The position numbers were made by a program, and so were the translations under genes. Below are positions 48,850-58,714 of a stretch of DNA of 64,000 nt, piece after piece (position 1 is the first letter of the stretch; each line of letters starts with the position of its first letter). This DNA is from an uncultured Desulfobacula sp. (GTDB lineage Bacteria; Desulfobacterota; Desulfobacteria; Desulfobacterales; Desulfobacteraceae): contig CAZLTD010000007.1 of the NCBI GenBank assembly GCA_964562385.1, positions 8,799-72,798 on the forward strand. Direction: 5' to 3'. Below the pieces are notes generated by a model. That model had not been told where the DNA came from and did no database searches. It worked only from the letters and a program-made list of their open reading frames with translations.

Positions 48850-48881
48850 TACCCCGGATATTCCGAGAAATATCCGGGGTA
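48850..48881 (+). terminator. 13-bp perfect stem-loop after the acyl-CoA synthetase gene
   Basis: TACCCCGGATATT-CCGAGA-AATATCCGGGGTA. No clear U-tract follows. Confidence 0.5.
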
Positions 48882-49013
48882 AAACACCTTGAACCCTATC
48901 ACACTTTTTTGGCACCCTATATTGCAAGTTTACAATTGACATCCCCGGTCTTTTTGCGGATAACCTGGCGTTATAATAATGTTGCATAACCTTTAACGCC
49001 GTTGGGAACTGCC

Positions 49014-51230
49014 ATGAATCCCTTTGAACTGATCAAGAATTTTAAAATCCGTTACAAGCTGTTATTTATATACTCCTTAACGTTTTTTGCCATTATCAGC
49101 CTCTCAAGCCTGATTATCTACTCCATTGTTAAAAAAAATGTGGAAAGAAATATTGAAAGCGAGCTTCAAAACTCTACCCTGGCCATTTTAAACAACGTCA
49201 AAACAGCTGTTGCAGTTTCCATTAAAAATCATCTGCGCGCAACAGCCGAAAAAAACCATGACATTATTGAATATCTTCACGCTTTGCAGGCCTCGGGCCA
49301 GATTTCACTTGAAGAGGCACAACAAAGGGCCGCTGAAATTATTTTATGTCAGAAAGTCGGTATTGAGGGGTATGTCTGTATTCTTGACAGCAATGGCAGG
49401 GTGCTCAAACATCCCAAAAAATCCCTTGAAGGGCTGGATATTTCCGACCACAAATTCGTACAGGAAATGATTGCCACAAAAAACGGATATATTGAATATG
49501 AATGGCAGAACCCCGGAGACGCCCATCCCAGACCCAAAGCGCTCTACCTGATCCATTTTGCGCCATGGAACTGGATGATTACCGTGTCTTCCTACAGGGA
49601 AGAATTTTTAAAACTGGTCCATATCAATGATTTCAAAGAGTCGATTCTAAGTCTTCGATTCGGCAAAACAGGTTACTCCTATGTCATGGACACCCAAGGA
49701 AACGTAATTATCCATCCGGAGCTGGCTGGGGTTAATGTGTTTGAAGGCAGGGCATTTTCATCCAAATTTTTCAAAAAAATGCTTGAAATGAAAAACGGTA
49801 AACTGGTTTACTCCTGGAAAAATCCCACAGACAACCACTTTAGAAAAAAACTGGTCCTGTTCAATTATATCCCGGAATATGAGTGGATCGTTGCCTCCTC
49901 CAGCTATCTGGATGAATTTTTCGCCCCGTTGACCTCCATTAAGAACCTGATCATCATCGTGGTGTTCGGCTCCTTGATCCTCTTTATTCCCATCAGCTTT
50001 ATTTTAAGCTCCACCATCACAAAGCCTTTACGCAACCTGACCCGGTTGTTCAACCAGGATATTGGCGGCGGGTTTTCCAACCGCCTGGCTAAAATGGACT
50101 CCCATGATGAAGTGGGACAGCTGACTTTCTATTATAACTCTTTTATGGACAAGCTTGAAACCTATAACGAAACCCTGAAAGCGGAAATCGCAGAGCGAAA
50201 ACAGATCCAGGGGGCATTGCAGGAGAGTGAGGAGAAATACCGCTCAGTGATGGAGGCGACACCGGATCCCATTGTTGTCTATGATATGAAAGGTTGCGTC
50301 ACCTACATGAATCCGGCCTTTACCCGAGTTTTCGGCTATACGCTTCAAGATTGCCTGGGGGGAAAAATGGATCACTTTGTCCCCAATGAACACTGGAAAG
50401 AGACCATGAAGGGCATTGACACCATCTTGCGGGGCAATGTCCTGCCCAGGACAGAAACCCAGAGAACCGCAAAAAACGGTACCCTGATAGATGTCACCAC
50501 ACGGGGATCGGTGTATAGAGACAAGGACGGTCTGCCCATTGGATCGGTGATCACCCATCGTGACGTATCACAGGTAAAACGGCTTGAAAAAGCGATCATG
50601 GAGATCGGGGAAAAAGAGCGCCAGAAAATCGGAAATGATCTGCATGATGACCTGTGTCCCCATTTAATTGGAATTGAAGGGCTGTCCAAGGTATTAAAGA
50701 AAAAAATAGAGCCTTTTTCCGACGATTCCGCCCAGCTGACAGAAAGCATAACACACTTGATAAAAGAGGCCATTTCCAAAACCCGGAGACTGGCCCGGGG
50801 ACTTTGCCCGGTATATTTTAATCACGGGCTCAAGTCGTCTTTGCAGGAACTTTCCACCAACACACAGATCATGCACAGGATCAGGTGCCGGTTGCGAGTC
50901 GAAACCGCAATCGGGTCTGAAAGCAGTATGGTGGTCATCAATCTTTACCACATCGCCCAGGAAGCGGTCTCAAATGCCGTACGCCACGGTAATGCCGACC
51001 AGATTGATATCCGGCTGAGTTCCCAGGATAATCATTACTATTTGAGCATCGAAGATAATGGATGCGGTATGTACGATACCCGGCCTTCAAACGGCATGGG
51101 ATTGAGAATAATGAAATACAGGGCCGGCCTGATCGGTGCCTCGTTAATGATCAAGTCCACCCCTGGAAAGGGCACAAGGGTTGCCGTAAGAATTACAGAC
51201 AAGGCATTGTCCTTTACCGGCGGACCTTAA
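49014..51230 (+). CDS. Sensor histidine kinase: TM, double-Cache periplasmic domain, TM, HAMP, PAS, HisKA_3 and HATPase
   Basis: Cache-like repeats (GYIEYEW.NP... and GKLVYSWKNP...), a PAS domain (YRSVMEATPDPIVVYD), H-box ERQKIGNDLHDDLCPHL, and an N/G box (NAVRHGNA, DNGCGM, GMGLRIM). Confidence 0.88.
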   Translation: MNPFELIKNFKIRYKLLFIYSLTFFAIISLSSLIIYSIVKKNVERNIESELQNSTLAILNNVKTAVAVSIKNHLRATAEKNHDIIEYLHALQASGQISLEEAQQRAAEIILCQKVGIEGYVCILDSNGRVLKHPKKSLEGLDISDHKFVQEMIATKNGYIEYEWQNPGDAHPRPKALYLIHFAPWNWMITVSSYREEFLKLVHINDFKESILSLRFGKTGYSYVMDTQGNVIIHPELAGVNVFEGRAFSSKFFKKMLEMKNGKLVYSWKNPTDNHFRKKLVLFNYIPEYEWIVASSSYLDEFFAPLTSIKNLIIIVVFGSLILFIPISFILSSTITKPLRNLTRLFNQDIGGGFSNRLAKMDSHDEVGQLTFYYNSFMDKLETYNETLKAEIAERKQIQGALQESEEKYRSVMEATPDPIVVYDMKGCVTYMNPAFTRVFGYTLQDCLGGKMDHFVPNEHWKETMKGIDTILRGNVLPRTETQRTAKNGTLIDVTTRGSVYRDKDGLPIGSVITHRDVSQVKRLEKAIMEIGEKERQKIGNDLHDDLCPHLIGIEGLSKVLKKKIEPFSDDSAQLTESITHLIKEAISKTRRLARGLCPVYFNHGLKSSLQELSTNTQIMHRIRCRLRVETAIGSESSMVVINLYHIAQEAVSNAVRHGNADQIDIRLSSQDNHYYLSIEDNGCGMYDTRPSNGMGLRIMKYRAGLIGASLMIKSTPGKGTRVAVRITDKALSFTGGP

Positions 51231-51333
51231 TCCCCTGTGCAATATTGTATCGGGATTAAATAATGGTAATCCCCATTGAATCACAATATGAAAAATGATA
51301 CCTTGGCCTGACTTTAATGCAAAACAGATGATC

Positions 51334-52005
51334 ATGACTGACACAAAAAAAATACTGCTGGTCGAAGACCACCCCATATTCCGGCTCGGACTTGCCGAGC
51401 TGATCAACCAGGAAGATAAATTCATCGCCTTTGGACAATCCAAGGATGTTGAACCGGCCATAAAAGAAATTGAAAAAGAAAAACCCGATCTGATTATCGC
51501 TGATATCACACTGAAAAATTCAGATGGTATCGACCTTGTCCGCCATGTTAAAAAGCATCACAAGGATATTCCGGTACTGGTCCTTTCCATGCACGATGAA
51601 TACCTTTATGCCCAGCGGGCGTTGCATGCCGGGGCCAGAGGGTATATCATGAAACAGGAGGCCATGGAATCGGTCGTCACGGCCATTGAACAGGTCCTGG
51701 CCGGGAAAATTTATTTGAATGAAAATGTAAAAGAACACATTCTTTCCAATATCTCCAACCCGGGAGAAGCGATAAAAAAGAGCCCCATTGACAGCCTGAC
51801 CGACCGGGAGCTGCAGGTGTTCAAAATGATCGGTAAAGGCTACTCCTCAAGAGACATTGCCGAACGCCTGTTTTTGAGTATCAAGACCATCGGCACCTAC
51901 CGGGAACGCATTAAAAACAAACTGAGTTTAAAGCATGCCAATGAACTGGTCCGTTGTGCGGTTCATTTTGAAAAAACCGGCCAGATTACGACCCAGATCG
52001 ACTAA
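51334..52005 (+). CDS. NarL/LuxR-family response regulator
   Basis: REC domain (ILLVEDHPIFRLGL...DLIIADITL) followed by a LuxR HTH (LTDRELQVFKMIGKGYSSRDIAERLFLSIKTIGTYRERIKNKL). Confidence 0.92.
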   Translation: MTDTKKILLVEDHPIFRLGLAELINQEDKFIAFGQSKDVEPAIKEIEKEKPDLIIADITLKNSDGIDLVRHVKKHHKDIPVLVLSMHDEYLYAQRALHAGARGYIMKQEAMESVVTAIEQVLAGKIYLNENVKEHILSNISNPGEAIKKSPIDSLTDRELQVFKMIGKGYSSRDIAERLFLSIKTIGTYRERIKNKLSLKHANELVRCAVHFEKTGQITTQID

Positions 52006-52462
52006 CCTTAAAATTCCATAAATTTTTGCATCCTGCCACCGATCTGCCGATGACCATAAACTGTTTCGAAAAACACCCTGCTTTTGTGTAAGTACTAAGA
52101 CTGACAAACCCGTGAGTCATCCAACCACATCCCATAAAGCATATTCCTACACTTAAAATCCGTTTTAGGCCGATTGTTTAAACCTGCCGCCTTTAATACA
52201 CCAATAATAATACGCTTTTATCTCATGTACGGAAAACTTTGAAGTTCCATAGCGATGGCCGGCAGATCATTGGGGCGGCCAAATAGAAAAAATATCCGGC
52301 AGATCATGCCGGCAACAGAATATGCACCAGAAAACAAAAAACGATTACAGATCCGGGTTCAAAGGATCTCTATAAATTGCTGAAAAGGAGGTGAGGATAG
52401 GCTTATACGGTTTTCGATCATGTAAACATTCACAACTTTATGACTTCAAAGGACGCCAAATT

Positions 52463-52750
52463 ATGAAGGAAAAACTGTACAAAAAAGAGATTACACTCAC
52501 CATTGTTTTTTCTGTTCTTCTACTTTTAGCAGGTCACTCCGCTTCGATTTTTGTTCTGTTTCCAAGCCTGCAGCAGGGCACATTATGGGGATTTCCCGTT
52601 CAATATATTGTCCCAATCCTATTGGGATGGTTCGGTATTGCCGCCATCTGTCTTGTTATGACGATCATGTGCAACAAGTTCGATGATGAAATGGAAGAAT
52701 ATGTCAACTCACTTGAGCCTGTTGAAGACACTGAAAAAGAATACGAATAG
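52463..52750 (+). CDS. Small 2-TM membrane protein preceding an SSF symporter (putative symporter small subunit, YjcH/DUF4212-like role)
   Basis: 95 aa with two hydrophobic helices and an acidic tail. The stop lies 12 nt before the symporter start. The start at 52463 (MKEKLY) is preferred. Confidence 0.65.
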   Translation: MKEKLYKKEITLTIVFSVLLLLAGHSASIFVLFPSLQQGTLWGFPVQYIVPILLGWFGIAAICLVMTIMCNKFDDEMEEYVNSLEPVEDTEKEYE

Positions 52751-52762
52751 GGAGGACAATTT

Positions 52763-54397
52763 ATGCCGGCTGAATATGCGTTAAGCGATGTATGGATAGG
52801 ATTGGGTGTTGTTTTTATTCTTTTTATCATTTTTTACGGGGTAGGGTATCTGGCCAACCGCCAGACCACGTCGGACGAAGATTTTTATGCGGCTGGATTT
52901 TCCATTGGCCCTGTGACCAACGGTCTTGGTATGGCCGCCACTTGGGCCAGTCTTGCCACCTTTTTAGGGGTCATTGCCCTGATTTTAAAACTTCAGGTGC
53001 CTTTTGTCTATTTATGGATCCAATGGGCCATTTCCATTCCGCTCTTAACCCTTTTGTACGGGACCAGCCTTAGGCGGATGAAAGCCTTTACCCCGGCCAC
53101 CTTTATCAGACAGCGGTATGGCAAACCCGCCACTGTTGTGATTGTCTGCTGGATGATCCTGATCATGGTTATGTATGCCCTGGGACAGATGATCGGTTTA
53201 GGCCGTGCATTTGAACTTCTTTTCGGTGTGCCCTACAACACAGCCATCGTTGTCGCCGGTCTTGCCACGGTGGGATTTATCACCATCGGGGGCATGTACG
53301 GTGCTACCTATAACGCCGCTTTCCAGATGGTGGTCATGAGCATTGCCATGATAGTTCCCATGGGCGCGATCATGAAAGCCATGGGGTCTTCAGGCTGGTG
53401 GTTTCCACCGCTTGCCTACGGTGATATGGTTCCGGATATGTTAAAATCGATCCCCACCTTTTTTGATATGAAATATGATTACAGATGGTATTTTGCCCTG
53501 ATCCCGGCCTTTACCTTAGGTCCTGTGGCCCTGCCTCACCTGGCCATGAAGGTCTTTACCTCATCATCTGTTAAAAACGCCCGCTGGGCTGTTGTATGGT
53601 TTGCCCTTTTTTTAGGTCTTCTTTTTTCCGGCACGTATGCTGTGGGGTTTGCCGGTAATTTTTTCACAGCCACCACTGGTAAGATAATTGCCAAACCGGA
53701 CCAGACTATTTTAATTTTAAATGTATTTTACAACCCGACCCTTGTTGCGGCCTTTGTCATGGGTGGTGCCCTGGCAGCAGGACTTTCCACCATCGGCGGG
53801 AACCTGATGGCCATCTCAGGACTTGTGGGTTCCGATCTTTTGGGGATCATCGCCCCGAACATGGATCCTTCCAAAAAAATCAAATGGGGGTATATAGCCC
53901 TTGCCCTTGGCGGCATTGCAGCCATCCTTATGGCCTTTAAGCCACCCAAATTCCTGGTTACCTCCATTTTGTGGGCATTTGGACTTTTGGCCACCACTGC
54001 CACACCGGCCATCCTTTTAGGTGTCTGGTGGAAGGAAGCCAATAAGCTTGCATTGATAATATCTTCGATCTTCTGCGGGTTTCTCTATATCCTGATATCC
54101 CCGCATGTGGTCCCTTCGGTATGTCTGGGATCCGGCCTTGTGGCGGCCCTTGGAATGTCCGGCGGAATGGTCACCATCCCGTTGAGTTTTGCCATGTTTA
54201 TTATCCTGTCCATTGGATTTAACAGAATGGCAGTGTTCAAATCCTTTGCCCCGACACTGGTGGACAAAAAAGTTATTGATAAAATCCATGGCTGGGGTAC
54301 CGATTATGAAGAGACCCGCTACAACGGCATTACCTGGCCCCTGGTTATTTCAGCGGTCTGCATTGCCATTTTTATATGGGGATTGCAACCCTGGTAA
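52763..54397 (+). CDS. Sodium:solute symporter (SSF) family transporter
   Basis: 544 aa, about 13 TM helices. N-terminal DFYAAG...G and SLATFLG patterns are typical of SSF/ActP-like carriers. Confidence 0.88.
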   Translation: MPAEYALSDVWIGLGVVFILFIIFYGVGYLANRQTTSDEDFYAAGFSIGPVTNGLGMAATWASLATFLGVIALILKLQVPFVYLWIQWAISIPLLTLLYGTSLRRMKAFTPATFIRQRYGKPATVVIVCWMILIMVMYALGQMIGLGRAFELLFGVPYNTAIVVAGLATVGFITIGGMYGATYNAAFQMVVMSIAMIVPMGAIMKAMGSSGWWFPPLAYGDMVPDMLKSIPTFFDMKYDYRWYFALIPAFTLGPVALPHLAMKVFTSSSVKNARWAVVWFALFLGLLFSGTYAVGFAGNFFTATTGKIIAKPDQTILILNVFYNPTLVAAFVMGGALAAGLSTIGGNLMAISGLVGSDLLGIIAPNMDPSKKIKWGYIALALGGIAAILMAFKPPKFLVTSILWAFGLLATTATPAILLGVWWKEANKLALIISSIFCGFLYILISPHVVPSVCLGSGLVAALGMSGGMVTIPLSFAMFIILSIGFNRMAVFKSFAPTLVDKKVIDKIHGWGTDYEETRYNGITWPLVISAVCIAIFIWGLQPW

Positions 54398-54506
54398 TCA
54401 ATTGACCTAAGCAGCATTTTACCACTGCAATAAGAATTTTTTAAAAAAACTGGGCCGCCCCGGGGAGGACTTCATCTTCCCGGGGCAATCCAGAAAGGAT
54501 GATCCA

Positions 54507-55055
54507 ATGAACTACTTTTTATCCATGAGTCGTTTGCTTCGATTTGACCCGGAACCGCTCACCGGTTTTAACCTTAAAAGCCGTCAGTATTCCTGCATGG
54601 CAAATGTGGCGGTCCTGGGTCTGATTTACGGTCTGTCAGCGGCCTTTTTCAGCCATGCTGTCCTGATCGGCAAGGGGCTTGACGCAGGCGGTGCAAACAC
54701 CTTGAAAATCATCTTTGCCGGGCTGCCGGCGGCTTTTTTAATGCATGCCGGGGCTGCATTGTTTGTCTGGGTATTTTTAAAAGCCATAGGTGGCAGGGCC
54801 AATTTTATCATGGCCTATTTTGATATGGGTGTGGCAGCCATTGCACTCTGGCCCCTGGCACCGGTTGCCGCGGCCATCCAGACCGGCATCCATTCGCCCT
54901 GGCTTTTGATTTTAGGCAGTTGTCTGTCATTTTACGGATTTTTCGTAAATCTGTTCATCTTACAAAAAACCTTTGATCTTTCCCATCCAAAGATGTTTAT
55001 TGCCACGTCGGTATCGGTAATTTATATCGGATGTTTTCTATACTTGTGGGTGTAA
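54507..55055 (+). CDS. Yip1-like polytopic membrane protein
   Basis: 182 aa, 5 predicted TM helices. The family call is tentative. Confidence 0.5.
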   Translation: MNYFLSMSRLLRFDPEPLTGFNLKSRQYSCMANVAVLGLIYGLSAAFFSHAVLIGKGLDAGGANTLKIIFAGLPAAFLMHAGAALFVWVFLKAIGGRANFIMAYFDMGVAAIALWPLAPVAAAIQTGIHSPWLLILGSCLSFYGFFVNLFILQKTFDLSHPKMFIATSVSVIYIGCFLYLWV

Positions 55056-55121
55056 CAAAAATAATTTTTAAAATTTCAGCCGTATTTTAAAAAATCCACA
55101 GGGACGAACGAAGACCCGTGG

Positions 55122-56360
55122 TCAGCGTCTCTTTTTTTTGTGTTTCTTCTTTTTCTCGAATGCCTCCTGCTCCTTTATCATCTGCACAAGGCCCTGCTTT
55201 TCATTGGAAAAGCCGATGGTGGTGTCATAGTCTTTTTTACTGACATCGATGGGTGTAATGGGTTTGGTTAAAAATTCCTGGATGGCCGCAAGTCTTTCCT
55301 GCTCTTCAGGACTGCAATAGGAGAGGGCGATTCCCTTTTTTGTTCCCCGGCCGGTCCTGCCGACCCTGTGAACATAGGTTTCATCTTTTTCCGGCATATC
55401 ATAATTGATAATAAATTCAATCCCGGGAATATCGATCCCCCTGGCACTGACATCGGTGGCAATCAAAATATGGCACTGGCCGCTTTTAAACTGCGTCAGG
55501 ACTTTTGACCGATCTTTCTGATCTTTTTCCCCGTGCAGGGTCACAGCGTTGATCTCCCCACGTTGAAGGGCTTTGGCAACCCGCTCCGCCCTTACCCTGG
55601 TTCTCACAAAAACAAGGATTTGCGATTCCGGGTGATCATAGATAAACCGCCGCAGAAAAAAACGCTTGTCATCCATTTCCACAAAAACAACATAATGGGA
55701 CACGTTTTTGGATACCGGGTCTTCCGGTGACAGCTGGATACGGATTGCATTTGATCTGACCTGGGAAAAGGCCAGTTTTTTGATTTTCTTATTGATGGTT
55801 GCGCTGAAAAACAGGGTCTGGTGTTTCTGCCGCAACTTTCTCTTGATGGCTTCAATATCATCAATAAACCCCAGATCCAGCATCTGGTCGGCTTCATCCA
55901 GCACCAGGGTATTGACGTTGTTTAAAACGATGGCTTTCTGACTGATCAGGTCAAACATTCGCCCCGGCGTTGCCACCAGGATATCAATCCCGTCAGCCAG
56001 TTTTTTGATCTGCCCATCCTGCTCCACACCACCGTGAAGGGCAAAAGGTTTTACTTTGGTATGTTTTGAAAGCGTCTCAAATACCCTGCCGATCTGTGAC
56101 GCCAGCTCCCGGGTGGGAACCATGACGATACATTTGATCCCCAGGGACCTTTTGGATTTTTTCTGCCGATGTATATTATCGATGATCGGGATGGCAAAGG
56201 CAGCTGTCTTCCCTGTACCGGTCTGTGCAACGGCCAGAACATCCTCGCCTTTCATGATAGAAGGGATGGCCTTGTACTGGATGTCTGTGGGGCGCTTGAA
56301 CCCCATTTTAGACAGGTTCTGCTTTATTTTCTGTGATATATGATATTTTTCAAATTGCAT
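55122..56360 (-). CDS. DEAD-box ATP-dependent RNA helicase (RhlE-like)
   Basis: Q-motif region (FKRPTDIQ), AQTGTGKT, PTRELA, DEAD (VLDEADQM), SAT, and HRVGRTGRG. Lys-rich tail. Confidence 0.95.
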   Translation of the reverse strand: MQFEKYHISQKIKQNLSKMGFKRPTDIQYKAIPSIMKGEDVLAVAQTGTGKTAAFAIPIIDNIHRQKKSKRSLGIKCIVMVPTRELASQIGRVFETLSKHTKVKPFALHGGVEQDGQIKKLADGIDILVATPGRMFDLISQKAIVLNNVNTLVLDEADQMLDLGFIDDIEAIKRKLRQKHQTLFFSATINKKIKKLAFSQVRSNAIRIQLSPEDPVSKNVSHYVVFVEMDDKRFFLRRFIYDHPESQILVFVRTRVRAERVAKALQRGEINAVTLHGEKDQKDRSKVLTQFKSGQCHILIATDVSARGIDIPGIEFIINYDMPEKDETYVHRVGRTGRGTKKGIALSYCSPEEQERLAAIQEFLTKPITPIDVSKKDYDTTIGFSNEKQGLVQMIKEQEAFEKKKKHKKKRR

Positions 56361-56587
56361 GGAGTTGTCTTTTAATTGAGGTTAAAGACGTCAAGATACA
56401 GCAAATCGGCAATAATTGCAAGGTTTTGCAATATCCCAGAGTAATTTCGGGTACCATCTCGATTCCCCAAACAATGTTCCTAAAAAAAATTATAGAAGGA
56501 TTTCTATATGATTCACTATTATGTTGAAGTTGCCTACAATCACCCGTTCCAGTCCGATTATCATGCTCCCGCCCGTTAGATGTTTTG

Positions 56588-56679
56588 GTAAGTTCTAAAC
56601 TTACTGCACTAAACAGCAAAAACTCCGGTCCGGTAGGTCCTCAAACAGTTTGCTGTTCTTAACGTTACGTTTCGTTAAG
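56588..56679 (-). ncRNA. Cluster of three adjacent stem-loops in the long leader upstream of the helicase gene (possible structured 5' UTR or sRNA)
   Basis: GTAAGT-TCTAA-ACTTAC (56588-56604); AACAGCAAA...TTTGCTGTT (56612-56657); GTTCTTAACG-TTACGTTT-CGTTAAGAAC (56655-56682). The strand was not determined from sequence. Confidence 0.3.
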
Positions 56680-56843
56680 AACTTATAGCAAAACGATCCA
56701 ACTTTATTGGCTCCCAGCAAGACAATCGACCTTCCACTGAACGCAATGCTGTTGAACCAACAATCTTCTCCATATTTCTATAAATATATACCAACCTGGG
56801 CTTACTCCAATTGTGATTTGTTTTCTTCCTGACGGAGTTTTTC

Positions 56844-56905
56844 TTGACATGACGGTTATTATCGATTATAGATATCGAAACTCAATATCTATAATCGATA
56901 ATAAC
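56844..56905 (+). promoter_or_regulatory. Promoter (TTGACA-17-TATAGA) overlapped by a perfect 21-bp inverted repeat, the probable PadR operator
   Basis: TTGACA at 56844-56849 and TATAGA at 56867-56872. The inverted repeat is GTTATTATCGATTATAGATAT (56855-56875), a 9-nt spacer, then ATATCTATAATCGATAATAAC (56885-56905). It lies 18 nt upstream of the padR GTG. Confidence 0.7.
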
Positions 56906-56922
56906 AAAAGGGACGGATATCA

Positions 56923-57243
56923 GTGAAAGACAAAATACTCCACAAACTTTATCACGGTTTTGTTCAGCTCCATATTCTGCACCACGCCGGGGAAAAACCC
57001 ATATATGGGACCTGGATGATGGATGAGTTGACCTCCCATGGTTATCATATCGGTCCGGGAACACTGTATCCCCTTTTAAAAAACATGGAAAAAAGCGGAC
57101 TGCTTCGCAAACAGGACCGGCTGGTTAACGGCAGAATCCGCAAATATTACGCCATCACCCCACTGGGGATCGAGGTGTTTCAAGATGCTGCTAAAAAGGC
57201 TTCCCAGCTTTTCCATGAAATTGAGGGCAGTGAAAATGATTAA
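56923..57243 (+). CDS. PadR-family transcriptional regulator
   Basis: LHILHHAGEKPIYGTWMMDEL...GPGTLYPLLKNMEKSGLL...RKYYAITPLG is the PadR wHTH signature. GTG start. Confidence 0.9.
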   Translation: MKDKILHKLYHGFVQLHILHHAGEKPIYGTWMMDELTSHGYHIGPGTLYPLLKNMEKSGLLRKQDRLVNGRIRKYYAITPLGIEVFQDAAKKASQLFHEIEGSEND

Positions 57244-57847
57244 ATTTGAATCCGTGCATTTAAAGCAAAAAGAAAAGACCATCTTCACCGCTCTGGATTT
57301 TGCTGTTCAAAAAAATGACAAAATCCTGATCCAGGGTAAATCCGGAACAGGTAAAACCACCCTGTTCCGAACCATTCTCGGTTTTGAATCAATCGACAAA
57401 GGAAGCGTCATATTTAATGGCCGCGCTGTTACCCGGAACCATATCCGCAACATCCGAAAAGAGATATTCTACCTGAGCCAGGATATTGATCTTAAAAATG
57501 AAAAGGTCGGTACACTTATAGACGAGGTCTGCGATCATAATTCAGTCAACGGCCGGGGCAATACCCGGTTTGCACAATGGTTAGCTTTTCTCGACCTGGA
57601 TGAAACCATTCTGGATCAATGGGTTGAACAGCTTTCCGGCGGGGAACGCCAGAGAATAGGGCTTTTGCTTGGTTTCCTTCTGGACCGCCCGGTATGGCTG
57701 CTGGATGAACCCACCTCCGCCCTTGATAACGGCATGAAAAAAAAGATAGCCGATTATATTCTGGATCTTCCCAAAACAATAGTGATCATCTCCCATGATG
57801 ATGTGTGGAATCACGATGAACGGTTGAAGATCAAAGGAGTGATATAA
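57236..57847 (+). CDS. ABC transporter ATP-binding protein (FetA/YbbL-like)
   Basis: Walker A GKSGTGKTT, signature LSGGERQR, Walker B WLLDEPTSALD. About 200 aa. Overlaps the padR stop by 8 nt. Confidence 0.88.
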   Translation: MIKFESVHLKQKEKTIFTALDFAVQKNDKILIQGKSGTGKTTLFRTILGFESIDKGSVIFNGRAVTRNHIRNIRKEIFYLSQDIDLKNEKVGTLIDEVCDHNSVNGRGNTRFAQWLAFLDLDETILDQWVEQLSGGERQRIGLLLGFLLDRPVWLLDEPTSALDNGMKKKIADYILDLPKTIVIISHDDVWNHDERLKIKGVI

Positions 57848-57850
57848 ACA

Positions 57851-58645
57851 ATGGGTGCCAAAGATTTAGAATTTTTATCCCTTGCGTCCCTGTGCCTGTT
57901 TCTGGTGCCGATTTTAATTATCAACCGCCGCCTGAATCTTAAGATCACCGGCTCTTTGCTCAAATCCATTTTCCGGATGTGTATCCAGCTTGGGTTTGTG
58001 GGGCTCTATCTTGAATTTTTATTCAGGCTGAACTCGCCTGGCCTGAACATATTGTATCTGCTGATCATGATCTGCATTGCCTGCCAGTCGATATTAAAAT
58101 CCAGTCAGCTTAAATTCAAACCGCTTTTTTTACCGGTTTTTTTATCGTTGCTGATTCCCTTTTCCATGGTTTTGTTTTTCTTTAACGCCTTTGTGGCACA
58201 GATTGACAACCTTTTTGAAGCCAAATACCTGATCCCCATCGGCGGTATGCTGCTGGGCAACTGCCTGCGAAGCATTATTATCGGGTTAAACAATTTTTAT
58301 TCAGGCATTCAAAAACAGGAAAAGGTATATCTGTATTCCCTGTCCCTTTTGGGGACACGGATAGCGGCACTCAAACCCTATTTCAAGGACAGCTTTATTG
58401 CCGCCATCACACCGACCATGGCCTCCATGGCTACCATCGGCCTGGTGTCTCTGCCCGGGATGATGACCGGCCAGATCCTTGGCGGTTCCATTCCGGTTGT
58501 GGCCATTAAATACCAGATTGCCATCATGCTCTCTATTTTTTACACTGAATATTTTTCCACGATTTTATCCATACTCTTTTCATTACGCATTGGTTTTAAT
58601 ATCCTGGATGTGCTCAACCAGGATATTTTTATTTCTAAAAAATAA
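57851..58645 (+). CDS. ABC transporter permease of the FetB/YbbM (UPF0014) type
   Basis: 264 aa polytopic protein directly after a small stand-alone ATPase, matching the FetAB-type organisation. Confidence 0.7.
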   Translation: MGAKDLEFLSLASLCLFLVPILIINRRLNLKITGSLLKSIFRMCIQLGFVGLYLEFLFRLNSPGLNILYLLIMICIACQSILKSSQLKFKPLFLPVFLSLLIPFSMVLFFFNAFVAQIDNLFEAKYLIPIGGMLLGNCLRSIIIGLNNFYSGIQKQEKVYLYSLSLLGTRIAALKPYFKDSFIAAITPTMASMATIGLVSLPGMMTGQILGGSIPVVAIKYQIAIMLSIFYTEYFSTILSILFSLRIGFNILDVLNQDIFISKK

Positions 58646-58678
58646 AACAAGTTACAGCCTGACTCACCCAGGTTTTGC

Positions 58679-58707
58679 TTGACACCGTGTGTTGTTGGGT
58701 TTATTCT
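58679..58707 (+). promoter_or_regulatory. Candidate promoter of the B12-riboswitch operon
   Basis: TTGACA at 58679-58684, a 17-nt spacer, then TATTCT at 58702-58707. Confidence 0.4.
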
Positions 58708-58714
58708 CCAGAAT

